A stretch of DNA of 64,000 nucleotides, taken from positions 15,314,001 through 15,378,000 of the forward strand of contig OZ365118.1 of NCBI GenBank assembly GCA_977030845.1, written 5' to 3'. Each line of letters starts with the position of its first letter. The first letter of the stretch is position 1. This stretch comes from Fimbriosthenelais zetlandica (taxonomy: Eukaryota). Below are positions 25,240 through 36,460 of the stretch, piece by piece. The notes below the pieces were generated by a model. It saw only the letters and a list, made by a program, of their open reading frames with translations, had not been told where the DNA came from and did no database searches. The position numbers and the translations under genes are program-made.

Positions 25240-27013
25240 TATTACGAAACATAAACTTAATATGTAAAAATACAATGCAGAGCTATTTAGTTTTTTTTCA
25301 CAAATATTAAATTTAAAATTAATCCAATTGCTGTTGCATAAAAAACCTGTATCCATCTCAGGTGAAGTCTGTCATTGAATGGTGCACATCTGCATCATAC
25401 CTTTATGAAACAAATACCACTGATGATGTAGCAGCTAACCTAATACATGCAGCCAACGCCCATGCATGCCTAGCTGCCTACAGATCCTATTGTTTCACGT
25501 ATGAGGACAATAACTACATGTCAGAATGTCACACTACACCTGAGCAACTCGATCCTCACCCTACATGACTCACAATACAAGACATTCAAGCGAGCAGTAC
25601 ACATACACACCCACCCTCCTCCTCTCATCTTTTTCCCCATCCTTTCTTTCTTTTTTTTGCACAAAGCTTGCTCGTGGAAATGCAGCCCTTGCTGTCGTTT
25701 GATCTATTAGAGCATTGCCTCGATTGAAAGGCCTGGCATGCATTGCTTGTTTTAATGGGAGCGGCCTAAAAGGCAGCCTTATTCTCTGTGAATCAGCAGT
25801 GCATTAGTCGCAGCCTTGCTAATACGACTTGCGGGTGGCGGGAATGACCGTCATATGAAATAAATTGTCATTAGTCTATCCCACACTGTCTGCCTTACAA
25901 AGAAGGCAGCGGGAGACGTGGGAACTATTAAACAGCAGAAATAGGGTGGAAGGCATTGACATGCTGAGATGGTGTGAATGGGAGGAGAGAGCGAGAGAGG
26001 CTAGGGCTCTAAAAAGGCAATGATAAGAGATAGAGATAGAAGGCATGTGTATAGCATAGCTATTATGGGAAGCCCTTTCCTTACTAGAATCAAGAGAAAG
26101 CATAAATAAGGATTTTGAATGCTGCGAAAAAGAAAGTGTAACTATCGCGGGGCAAATGCACACATTTGTCAGGCGGGAATGTCGGGAAGGTTGAGGGAGA
26201 GACGTTAAAGGACAAAAGCTTGGTTTATCATGCGATATGGGGGCAGGTGGGTGGTGTCCTAGCTTCAGGCCGACCCCACGACGGTTCACTGTCCTTTAGG
26301 GACCGGCCCAGTAGATGGGATTGGTTAATATTGAAGGAATATTGTCTGGTACATGAGTTAGTGTCAATTTGGTTTCCTCTGAATGTATTTTTTAAGTTTG
26401 CTCACGGGCGGTAGCAGCTTCAGAGATATTTAAAGAGGCTTGCGACTCGAGGGCTAATGAATTTGTAAACAGTTTGCCTTCAAGAGCGTTGGCATTTGTT
26501 GTGACAAGGGATCGAAATTTCGGAATGGTCCTTTCTATAGTAAAAGCCATTGTCCACTGAGTAGTTCCTATAGGTCTTTATTAGTGTTATTGAAGGCACA
26601 CTGTCAACCATCAATCGAGGGTGTGAGTTTTAAATGTGGGACCTACTGGGCAAAGATGACAAATAAATAGTGTGAAAACCTATCAAAAATGGATGTTAAA
26701 AAACATAGAGCGATCTAAAAAGATGATTCAAAACTAAACAAAAACCTGTCCAGATTGCCATCTCTTATCTCTTGTCACTCTCTCAGGCGGTATTGCGAAA
26801 ATGACTATTGTTCAACTGAAAGATTTGGTTGTGAAAAATCCGCAGCCAACACAAAATGACACTTTGGCAATAGAGACGTGAACAAAACCTAATTATCATG
26901 GTGAAGAGGAAGTGAGGCAATAACGAGCGCCTGGCCTTACTAAATAGAGCGTGAAGAAAAACGTCTCCCCTCTGTCTACACGCGCGCAGTCCAGCCAACA
27001 GATAGGCCTATTA

Positions 27014-27135
27014 CAGGGGCCTGTTTCATAAACTTACGATGACTTGCTCTCCTTTGCATAAGATTCATGGATCTTACAGATTTTTGTTCAGATTTCTATG
27101 CGAATTTTAAGAGATGTCGGTCTATCTTTATGAAG
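27014..27135. mobile_element. Decayed MITE, same TIR family as 29874
   Basis: Starts CAGGGGCCTGTTTCATAAAC. Only a partial right TIR (TTTATGAA) remains. Confidence 0.4.
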
Positions 27136-29051
27136 TTTATTGCTGATCTCTTTTTTTTAACTTTGATATATAATATATGACCAATTTAGAAAATGTCAAT
27201 GTCAATGTCAAACCATCATAACATTTCATGATGGTTTTGATATAATTTTCTTCACTTTCATGAAGAGATTTTGAATGCAAAGAGCTAGCTGAAGGTCCTA
27301 AAAATGCTGACTGGTCACTGACCAAAGTCTCCCCTTTCTGCACTCACTATTTTTTCCTGTGAAACCATCCCCTTGGATCGTGTTTCATAAATGCTGATCG
27401 CTCCGTTAGCCAAGGTCAGAGAAGCATACGATGTTGGAGGGGGAAACAGTGGACAGCGGGAGGAAATAGTTGATTTATGGCCACTCCTGCCTGCCCTTAC
27501 ATCGACCGTGGCAGGCGTGCGACCCAGGTAGACTGGACTCAGCAAGCTTGCCGCTCTTTAACGACTTGCAGCACGCCAAGCCTTCATTAGAATACTAGCC
27601 CGCCGCACGTCAGGCTGTTTTGAGACGCTGCATGAAAGAACATGCTAGAATGGTATTGCCTTTGTCATATTGTTGCACTGCCATTGGTCATGCTAATGGG
27701 CCCTACCGCCTGGCCTCACCTCACAACAGCCATGCCAGCGAGGACTAGAAGGGCAAGGGCTCGCTCCGTGTTTTGTCGCACACGCTGGCAGCTTATAATT
27801 CCAGCCATAAAAGCTTGGCCGGCACAGCATTAATACTCTTGGCATCCATCTTTTGGCAGTAAACAATGTACTTTCTTCTGCCATCAGGCATCAGCTATTG
27901 TGTCTGAAGACAAAATTATGAAAGAAAAAGAGCCGCAGCTGAAATGACTGCGTTTGGGCCTTGAATTGGTCATATGAACGCGTGCCATTAAAACAACTGA
28001 TGAAAGGAACGAGCAAATGAAAGGAAACACAGTTTGCTCTTTCCTGATTCCTGCCTGCTGACAATCAGACCAATATCAGATTGTACCGATGGAAAACAGA
28101 ACCACAAAAAAAATCCAGGAAATGGATTTGGGTTATGAGCAAGACCTATGTGGCTGGAGGGCGAGGGGCCTCACTAGGGGGGAGGACTGGAGTAGGTTGA
28201 AAGCAACATAGCAATGCTTTGTAGGGAGCTTATCGCTCACTCCTCCTGGATTTGAGTACATTTATTTCTCCTTGTTCCTCCAGCGGGGACATCTAGATCA
28301 TTGAGGCTGGACCACCAGCACGGAGACGATACGCTATAGCACTGATATTGCCATCCCAGGCGACACTGTCTCTGATACTACAATATTGTCCCGACTATAT
28401 ATCCACTATACAAGACTCCTGATCTCTGATTTTGCTTTGAATTTAAAAGAACTCACTTTCTAGTCGCCACTAGAGCTCTGCGTCTCTGATTTTACTTCAA
28501 GAAAAAAACCCTTGAAGATTTGGTAACCGACACTGCAATACTGATTCCCATATGAAGAAACAGTACATGTGGGTGGGATATATTATGCTTATATACTAGC
28601 ATTAGAGTCTTTTGGCCTGATCCATGAGGTAACTTCTTCATCGCTCCAAATAATAACCCCAAACATCTTTGGTTAGATCAAGGATCTGTCCTTGTCCTAT
28701 TTCAGTGGAGATCCCTATAGTGAATCCTATAGATAAAGGGGAAACTAAAGATCTGTCGGATATATATGTCATATGGTATACTTACACCATATAGACGTAC
28801 TGTTTTAAGTACTAACACACAAAGCCCTTGCCTAAGCCCACGCCTCTTCACCTTTCCATATGTGTCATAGAATATAAATGCAGAGCGGTACGGGTGTGGG
28901 TGTTGTATGACAGCTAGAGATAACACCGCAATAGCTTTGTTCTCTAGATGGATTCTTCTACTCACCATTCCTATATGTTCAACTCTATAATGCCTGGAAG
29001 AGACTATGACAGGGTATATTTTACTTTGAATTTCATTTTGCATAGCAATCA

Positions 29052-29111
29052 GAATCCAAAACCCCACCCAAAAATCCAAGATGAAAATATATTTTTATAT
29101 TTTTTTTTATT
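29052..29111 (-). terminator. Candidate cleavage/polyadenylation site
   Basis: Minus-strand AATAAA at 29111-29106, a CA dinucleotide about 24 nt downstream (29083-29082), then a U/GU-rich element TCTTGGATTTTTGGGTGGGGTTTTGG. Confidence 0.55.
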
Positions 29112-29873
29112 GTGAATAGATTTGTTTTGTATGTCTTGACACGAATGATATTAATATAACTAGTATTCCTTACATGGTAATATTGATACGAATGTGGACA
29201 ATTGCAATGCATTTACACTTTGTGGCAGCACATTTTGGTTTATTTTTTCAATATATGCTTCATCTAGCACCACTGGCCACGACACATTGGAGTTGATTTG
29301 ATGATAATTTACAGAGAACTTTACAATTTATTTTACACATACTGCATCCTTAAAGCCTGCAAGGGCTCCCACCGATTCGTAAATAGTGATAATGTTTTTC
29401 ATGTACCATTTAATTTAATATAATAATTGTGTCTGAAAAATAGTTTTTGAGGGACTGGAGAGCACCTTTCATGCTTTTTTGATATACATATCAATGTTTT
29501 TAAAAATGTTATTCCTTTGAACAATTTCGGGACAGGAAATTAGGTACATTGATCATTTAGAGAGAGGGAGAGCTCTGCTAGACATTCATTTATTAATTAG
29601 GAATTATTGGAAAAAGGGTTAAATTGATTAAAAATTAAACCATACCCCCGCCCCCGTCCCCGCCCAAGCTATTTAAGGAAACATGACATCACAGTTGCCG
29701 TCGAAGCCACACAATCCCATAATACCATCCCAGAATCCATTACCAGGGAAAAATTAAAACAAATAAAATGTATTATTTCCCCAAAACCAGCGAGGTATTA
29801 ACACAATAGGCGTACGAAAATAGCAGAGTGTTTCACAACGTGGCCACTGATGGCCAATATACATTCTCAGATC

Positions 29874-29971
29874 CAGGGGTCATTTCATAAAAAAATAACC
29901 CACCAACGCACTGATTATTCCAATGGTCAATTACGTACATCTTGGCTGCGTTTTTTATGAGAGAACCCCTG
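29874..29971. mobile_element. Short fold-back MITE in the 3' UTR (GGGCCTGTTTCATAA-type TIR family)
   Basis: CAGGGGTCATTTCATAAAAAA versus reverse complement of the end CAGGGGTTCTCTCATAAAAAA (18/21). Related ends occur at 27014 and 50924. Confidence 0.6.
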
Positions 29972-30300
29972 TATGAACGGACAAGCCTCAGTTACTCATT
30001 TAATGGTGTGTCGATTGCATCATGAGGGTGGGTGGTTTTGCTTGGTAACGTCACCGCTATTGGTAACCATGGCAATCTTCTCTGTCAACTGTTTTAATTA
30101 TATAGGCCATTGGTTGGAGTGGCTGTAGTTAGAAGAACACAACATTACACAAACTCATGTAGATACAATATACCATTAGACATTATATAACACACATGAA
30201 TCCATTATCTGCGGATTAGGGTCCTCGTCAGACCTTTGGAAATACTCTTTTTTTGTTATACAATAATGCTGTACATAGGACCTTAATATGCTCATCTTAA

Positions 30301-30466
30301 GATGGGTGCACACTGAGCCTTCGGTCTATACGATCCGGCATCGCATGGCCTTCTGAAGATCTCTTCAAAGACTGAAGCCATTTTCTCTTAAACGTAAGAT
30401 TCTTATGAAGATCTTAGTGAGATAAATGCCAAATCGGATGAACCATCGGCTCAGTGCGATGCCATC
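30301..30466. mobile_element. Decayed fold-back MITE in the 3' UTR (PIF/Harbinger-like)
   Basis: Imperfect inverted repeats CTTAAGATGGGTGCACACTGAGCC versus reverse complement CTTGAGATGGCATCGCACTGAGCC (19/24), with weaker pairing for about 20 more bp. Flanks are TAA and TCA. Confidence 0.55.
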
Positions 30467-31614
30467 TCAAGTCATCAATGAAAGTCTTAAGTGAATATCA
30501 ACAAATATAACCGAAAAATAGAAATAAATCAATTAATAACAATATTATGCTGAGATCGCTGGGAAATATTAATTCTTTCCTCTTCGTTTAATAATATTAA
30601 GAACAGTTTATAACATCTCTGACAATACCTGTAATAGTTTGACTTCAGACAAAAAAATGTGTGCGAGTGGAAAATAGACTCACAGATTTGTGTATAATAG
30701 GTTGGTATTGGTATATATAACTAGAAATATAGCATTTTTTGACCACCAGTCTCTCTGGGTTTGATAATGTATATATTATTCATACACAATATCAGTTCTA
30801 TATATACTTATAATAACGAATCCATTCTTTGCAAGTGATTTTTTTTCTCTGCTGTACCAGACTTTGGGGGGAATAGGGATGAATGAAGCGAAAGAGTTTC
30901 AATACAAAACATCACATGAGAGAATGCAGCTTGTGGATAGAATGCGCACTGGAGAATTCTTACTAATATGAATATAATGTAGAACCTGCACTCACTCACT
31001 CACACCATGTTGAGCAGATGATTTTTTTTAATAATACCTCTTTCATTCATACACAATATTTTGGTCAGTTTAACCCCTTCGTGAAGGGTATCTGCATGTA
31101 TACAAATTAAAAATATTGTCAGAAGTCAAAAGTTATGAAAAACTTTCCTGTACAATTTTCATTTACTTGGGACAATAAGAGTGATTACCGCGACAACATT
31201 GACATTGAAAAAATCGTTTTGCTCCTCGTATGAAAAACTATGGTTTCCAAAAATGTTCACACTTCATCACACGAAAGTCAACTATTATAGTAGTTCATAT
31301 TAGAAAGATTTTGCACGTTCAGTTATGGTTCGTTTTGGAAAAAAGATTCTTGGTTAACTTGGTCTTTTTTTGGTATCATCCATCAGTATCGCCTCTATAT
31401 TCATTCAACATAAATCACTGCATATATTTATCTTAAAACTAACAAACACACATGACTTTGGAACTGTGCTGTATTATGCAAGTAATGGAAAAGGGAATTG
31501 CACTGATATTTTTTTTCTGTTCATAGGACTGCAGCGTTGAAACCGGTCAGACAAGGCAGAAAGGTGTCTGAAATGAAGGCCTCCCTGGTGGTCTCTCAGC
31601 GACCCCACAATCCC

Positions 31615-31700
31615 TGAGTCATCTCATTATGACGTCACATCCTTCTGACGTCACTACCTCATGACGTCACACACCCTGAGGTCACACCGTTATAATGTCA
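31615..31700. promoter_or_regulatory. Phased array of bZIP (AP-1/CRE) motifs in the 3' UTR
   Basis: TGAGTCA at 31615, TGACGTCA at 31630, 31646 and 31662, TGAGGTCA at 31677, TAATGTCA at 31693. Period is 15-16 bp. The motifs are seen directly; function is inferred. Confidence 0.5.
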
Positions 31701-32067
31701 CACAACTGTCACCTCCATGAACTGAACTGGTAAGTGCGACACATCATTTTTAAAAGCAAACAATGGAACTGTTGCACAAGGATTGCTGCAACCTTCACTA
31801 TGTTGTGACAGCAGATATCACCAGCCATGTACAATGCATTAGGCATAACTGTCAGTTAAATATGTCATTTGTGACAGCTGTGACAGCAAGGTGAAGTCCA
31901 TCAGAAATCTCATGCAAAAAGACCATTGTGCTTATTAAGATTTGGTTTGTTAACAGGGATGTTATCATTAAGATTTGGTTTGGATTATCACACATCTTCG
32001 TGTCACTGTCACTGTCACCCATCTCTCTCATGTTTGTGACAGCCGCTGAGAGTCTACCTTATGTAAG

Positions 32068-32825
32068 TCAGACCACAGTGTCCATCTTTTTCCGCACTGT
32101 TCCGTGAGGTGAGTTCCCGTCACCGTGCAACTCAAAACTCCCTGACGTCGTCGTACTATCATCACTGACTTCATCACGTGACTCGTCCACTTTACCCAGA
32201 GGTCTTAGCGGCCCTGTGTGGCCAAAAGTGTTGGTATTGGATCGTGAGGGAGAGAGCTGGGGGGAATGCCTGGGGTCACTAAACGTCCGTCCCTGACAGG
32301 CCTCACTCTCACCTTTAGCAACACTCCCGTCACCACAGATACGGCCATGTTTTGAAAGGTCATTATTGTTCATTTGTTGATGGTGGCCATTGGCCAGTCT
32401 GGACTGTGGCATGCCGTCGGCTTGGTCGATGTCACGGGGGATCGATGTGGCCACCGGCGGGGTCCCGGCGCCCGTGGGGCTGGGCCGCACCCCGCACTGA
32501 GACACCGGCAAGTTGCTGGTGTGGATTTTGGCCAGTTGTTCCCGGATACCATTGTGGTCTATCCGGGGCATGGTTTTACCGGCGTATCGTGCCCCAGGGG
32601 GACGTAACTGGTTACAGTTCGGTGGGAATCTCCGGATGTGCAGAGGCCCGTTGTCCACAGGGGCCCCGGCCCCTGCTGCTACTGGGCCAGCACCGGAGGG
32701 CAGTTTACTCCCGTAGGCCAGCCGCGTCCTTGTCTGGGGGCTGATGACGTCAGCATTCCGGCATGTCTCCGCTCCCTGCATGTCGTTTGTACTCCCCGTC
32801 CGGCGGTTCTCGCTCCATAATGACT
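32068..32825 (-). CDS. Pcdh: Protocadherin-like terminal coding exon C (phase 1 start, 251 aa plus split Glu, stop TGA; ends DDSTTTSGSFELHG...KKMDTVV*)
   Basis: Acceptor gttgtattttgttttgtAG at 32827-32826. G from exon B plus AG gives Glu in frame with the longest ORF of the window (32068..32877). GC-rich relative to flanks. The STTTSGS[FY] motif (32134-32163) and hydrophobic C-terminus resemble invertebrate protocadherin C-termini. Confidence 0.85.
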
Positions 32826-35800
32826 CTACAAAACAAAATACAACAGGCATTAAGCTAATGGCCCCTATAATGAGCATAATTACTTTTTCCTAATTAGTGT
32901 AACACCCGGGAACTGCCATCAATTCATCAATATATTACACTTGCAGAATTGATCTAAAAGGCTTCGGACATTTAAAAATATCTTGGAAAGCGCGCTTGTG
33001 AACAGGTTAAAACACCCTACCCTGTCTGGCAGGTTTCTGGATTACTATTCCTCCCAAGATACCCACCCCAAAACCCGGTGACATGAATAAAAGATGGAGC
33101 GTAATTCCCAATAATTTGCTGTATATTAGTGCAATTAACAAAGGTGATCTGAAATGCAAACTAATCTCAACCATAAGCTATATTCATGACACTAGTGTAC
33201 GGCCGACACTGAACATGTGTGCTCCTAAACAAAAGGCCCTATATATTCATAATATAACACTGACAAACTGCGGCACCTGAATAAAGCCAGCTTGAAGTAG
33301 TATATGAAAACATATTACATCACCGGGCAACAATTCAGGCAATCATCATGGCCAACGCCCAAAGTGATCCCACTTGAACAATGAGTATGAAGTTTGTCTG
33401 ATCTTGAGTCATTGGGATTGCCTGTATAGAAGGATAAGGCGTGTTATTCATGCACTAATACATCCACTCATGGACACACGAGTGGACAGATTAAAGGCTA
33501 GTTAATATGGGTGGAGTTTACGGTCTTACGTTAACATGGCTAATCTGACGTAACGTAAGGATCGTTATAACAGCTGGGTGTATCCTGATTGGTAATCACG
33601 TACAAAAGCTGCCGTATTATTAGCTCTATGGTAAATCCTGTTCAATTGACCATTATGCCTACTGTCCACTTCATTGTATTGATTTCAATGTTTATTGTTC
33701 AACTACAGGGACAAAAGGGCAATTTTAGAACTATTTAAAGTTCTTTATAAATTCATTTTGAAATACGGTATTTGGATGTAATAATACCTTTGATATTACA
33801 TGTAATAAGTCTTCTTATTAAGTTCTTCTCCAGGCTTATTACATTTAAAACTACTTTAATTTATACTTTTTTCTAGTAATATAATACCTTTCCTTTCATT
33901 CTTTGTATCTAAGCAATATTATATTTATGATCATTTAATTCATAACATTTAAAGGTTAATCGATTCAGTATTGTTCAGAATCAATACTTTTCCTAAAATC
34001 CACATAATAAAGTCCCTGCCGGGCTCACCCGTACAGCAGATGTTGAGCGACACTTGGACAAAACATATCATACATACATATGGTACATTACAAACATTGT
34101 CAGAGGCACTTTGAGTAGTACTACACAGTGCAGTCCTATTATAGGTCATAATAATATAGTCATAAAGTCAATATCAGTACATAGTCACATGATCACATAC
34201 AGTCTGAAGCTCCACTATAGATAATAATAATAATATAGCCACGGTTCAGTTGAGTTAAGTGCCAGACACACAACACTAATTGTCCATCCTGTTTGTCTTA
34301 AAGCTGGTACTCCACAGCTGCGATACTGCTTGCGACACAAGTACAGTACAAAATTGTGGTCCAAGCACTGCATCCCCTTTGTCCCACATCACCTTTGGCA
34401 CAATGGTGTTGCAAACCAAAATCGCAGGGGTGTAACGTCGCTTTAAAAATTCCGGCGGATGGACAATCGGTTTTGTATGTTAAGCCTTATATCCACTGGG
34501 TCATTATCCTGACGTATGTCAATAGTTAATGGGGAAATTTTGAGAGGTCCATTGACATTCATCAAGAAAACAACTTAGTGGTTATGAGGGATTGGATTGG
34601 AAAAGTTGAAGAGAGAATAGAATATAAGGAACCAGTCTATGAGTGGTCAACACATGTAGTTTACACACCATCACAGTGAGTCGTAATGGGGTAGTTCCAC
34701 TGGATTTCATTTCTTGCGTGTCTTGCGATTTCTCTACAGCAATAAGTGCAATTTTCTCCCCCAACTACTGCAATAGCCGCATCTTCTAAAAGTGTTTAGC
34801 ACTAAGAGCTTGATATTTGCGACTAAATTGTGCGTTTCGTGCGGCAGGAAGATGTAGCAGTTGCAGCTTGAAAATCGCAACTCTCGCAAGGCAGAAAAGC
34901 CCCAGTGAAGCTACCCCATGTATAAAATATAAAGCTTGAATGAGGTATGAGTAGTATAATGGTATGACACGCACGTGTGGATGGTACGTGTAGGTGCGAC
35001 TCGTGGTGGTCGACGTGTACGATGGCACGTATCTGCAACCACATGAGTAGGATGAAAACAAAATAAATTATCATTACAGGCCAGGGGAAATTATTTACAA
35101 CCTGGAAATTAAGATCCATCTGAAAGTTAAGATAGCATGGGCGATTATATGGGAATAGATCATCGACATTTTGAATAATGCTTTATGCAGAAGCATCTGG
35201 AGCTGTTTCAAAACGAAGAACAGTAAACGTATAGAACTAGGCTAATTTAGGTTTAGAAATGGGATCCAACCAGCTTTCATTACTATGGTTTCATCAAACT
35301 GCAACTTGGGGATGGAAATTCTACATTTATAAAGTCCTTTTTATTTGGTTTCCCTAGCCCTGGCATTGCCTCTATGTGTTCGGCACCTTTATAGAAATAG
35401 CCTGCTTTTCACTGAGCGACTGAGAGATAAGAAATGTTGATGTAAAACCTGGCCCACACTAATTCTGCGGTTGGGGAAATTCAATGAGAGCCACTATGAA
35501 TGTCCAGAGTTGAATTGGAACTTCATGTGTCCCCGATCAAATATCAACTTTTTCTAGGGGCTCGGGTATTTAGAAGGCTTTGGATTATTGATTTGAGTCT
35601 TAATCAAATACCCGCAATACCATTAACAGCACAGTGATCTCCCAATTGATTGACGGTACCGAGCATTTCTACGGGCTTCTATTTAACAACACAACCGGAC
35701 CTAATCATTGCTTGTTTGAATGCCTTCAATACACGATTGACCTAATCTAGTCTCCATGGTAATGCAATATCGCTAAGCTTGGGGCTTCTGGAATTAAATC

Positions 35801-36437
35801 TCGCTCGGTCGCTTTTCAGAATTTGCTGATCGAGCAGCAGCCAGGCAAGTCTCAATGCTTATACAACTGTTCACAGCATATAAAAGGCCAACGAGGATAT
35901 TGCTCTGTGTGTTTCCCTCCACCCTTCCCCCCACCCTTTTCTGCCCTTCACTTCAATACCCATTACAACAGGGAGTTAAATCTACCTTTAGTTGACATAC
36001 AAGGCTGGGGCGACCGTGCTGCCACTAGCTGCAGCGGTGGCGGAAGGAGTGACTGTTAGAGCTTCAACGAGCAAGCAGTGGAAGGGCTTCCATAATAGAA
36101 CCAGGGAGGCAAGCAATTAGATCCGGGGGAAGTGCTACGGCTTCAGGGTATATAGAAGCAGGGAAAATAAAGTCAGGCCGGGAAATCGACATAGGAAGAC
36201 CTGTAATGGGATCATGGGGTGGGGTGGGAGGGGGGGGGGGGGGTGGAATCAACACTTGGCACCACTGCTTTCTCTAGTCCTTTGAAATAAAGATACCCAA
36301 GGTCAACTCTACATATACTTCCATTCTATGATGTTCTTGTCAAACCTTGACTCTTGTACATTGCCAAAGGCTCAGTTGCATGTCTTTTTTCCTTATCTAA
36401 AGCACACACTTTTATATGTATGGTCTCTAACTAGGAT

Positions 36438-36460
36438 CTTAAAGCGGCTCTATCGCCTAT
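36438..36460 (+). mobile_element. Second copy of the TTAA-flanked transposon-end-like sequence
   Basis: CTTAAAGCGGCTCTATCGCCTAT, 22/23 identical to 18-40. Confidence 0.35.

Larger units (their letters stand above)
29082..32067 (-). other. Probable ~3 kb 3' UTR of the protocadherin-like gene
   Basis: AT-rich, ORF-poor stretch running from the stop codon to a canonical poly(A) signal. The 3' end is inferred, not observed. Confidence 0.55.

Noticed and set aside
32352-32820. Several overlapping ORFs on both strands (32352..32744, 32370..32552, 32374..32607, 32513..32716, 32638..32820)
   Set aside because: Shadow frames of the GC-rich coding exon C, with no independent splice or homology support.
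34298-34446. TTAA-AGC ... GCT-TTAA possible Kolobok-type MITE
   Set aside because: Inverted identity is only about 7 bp including the TTAA, which is too weak.
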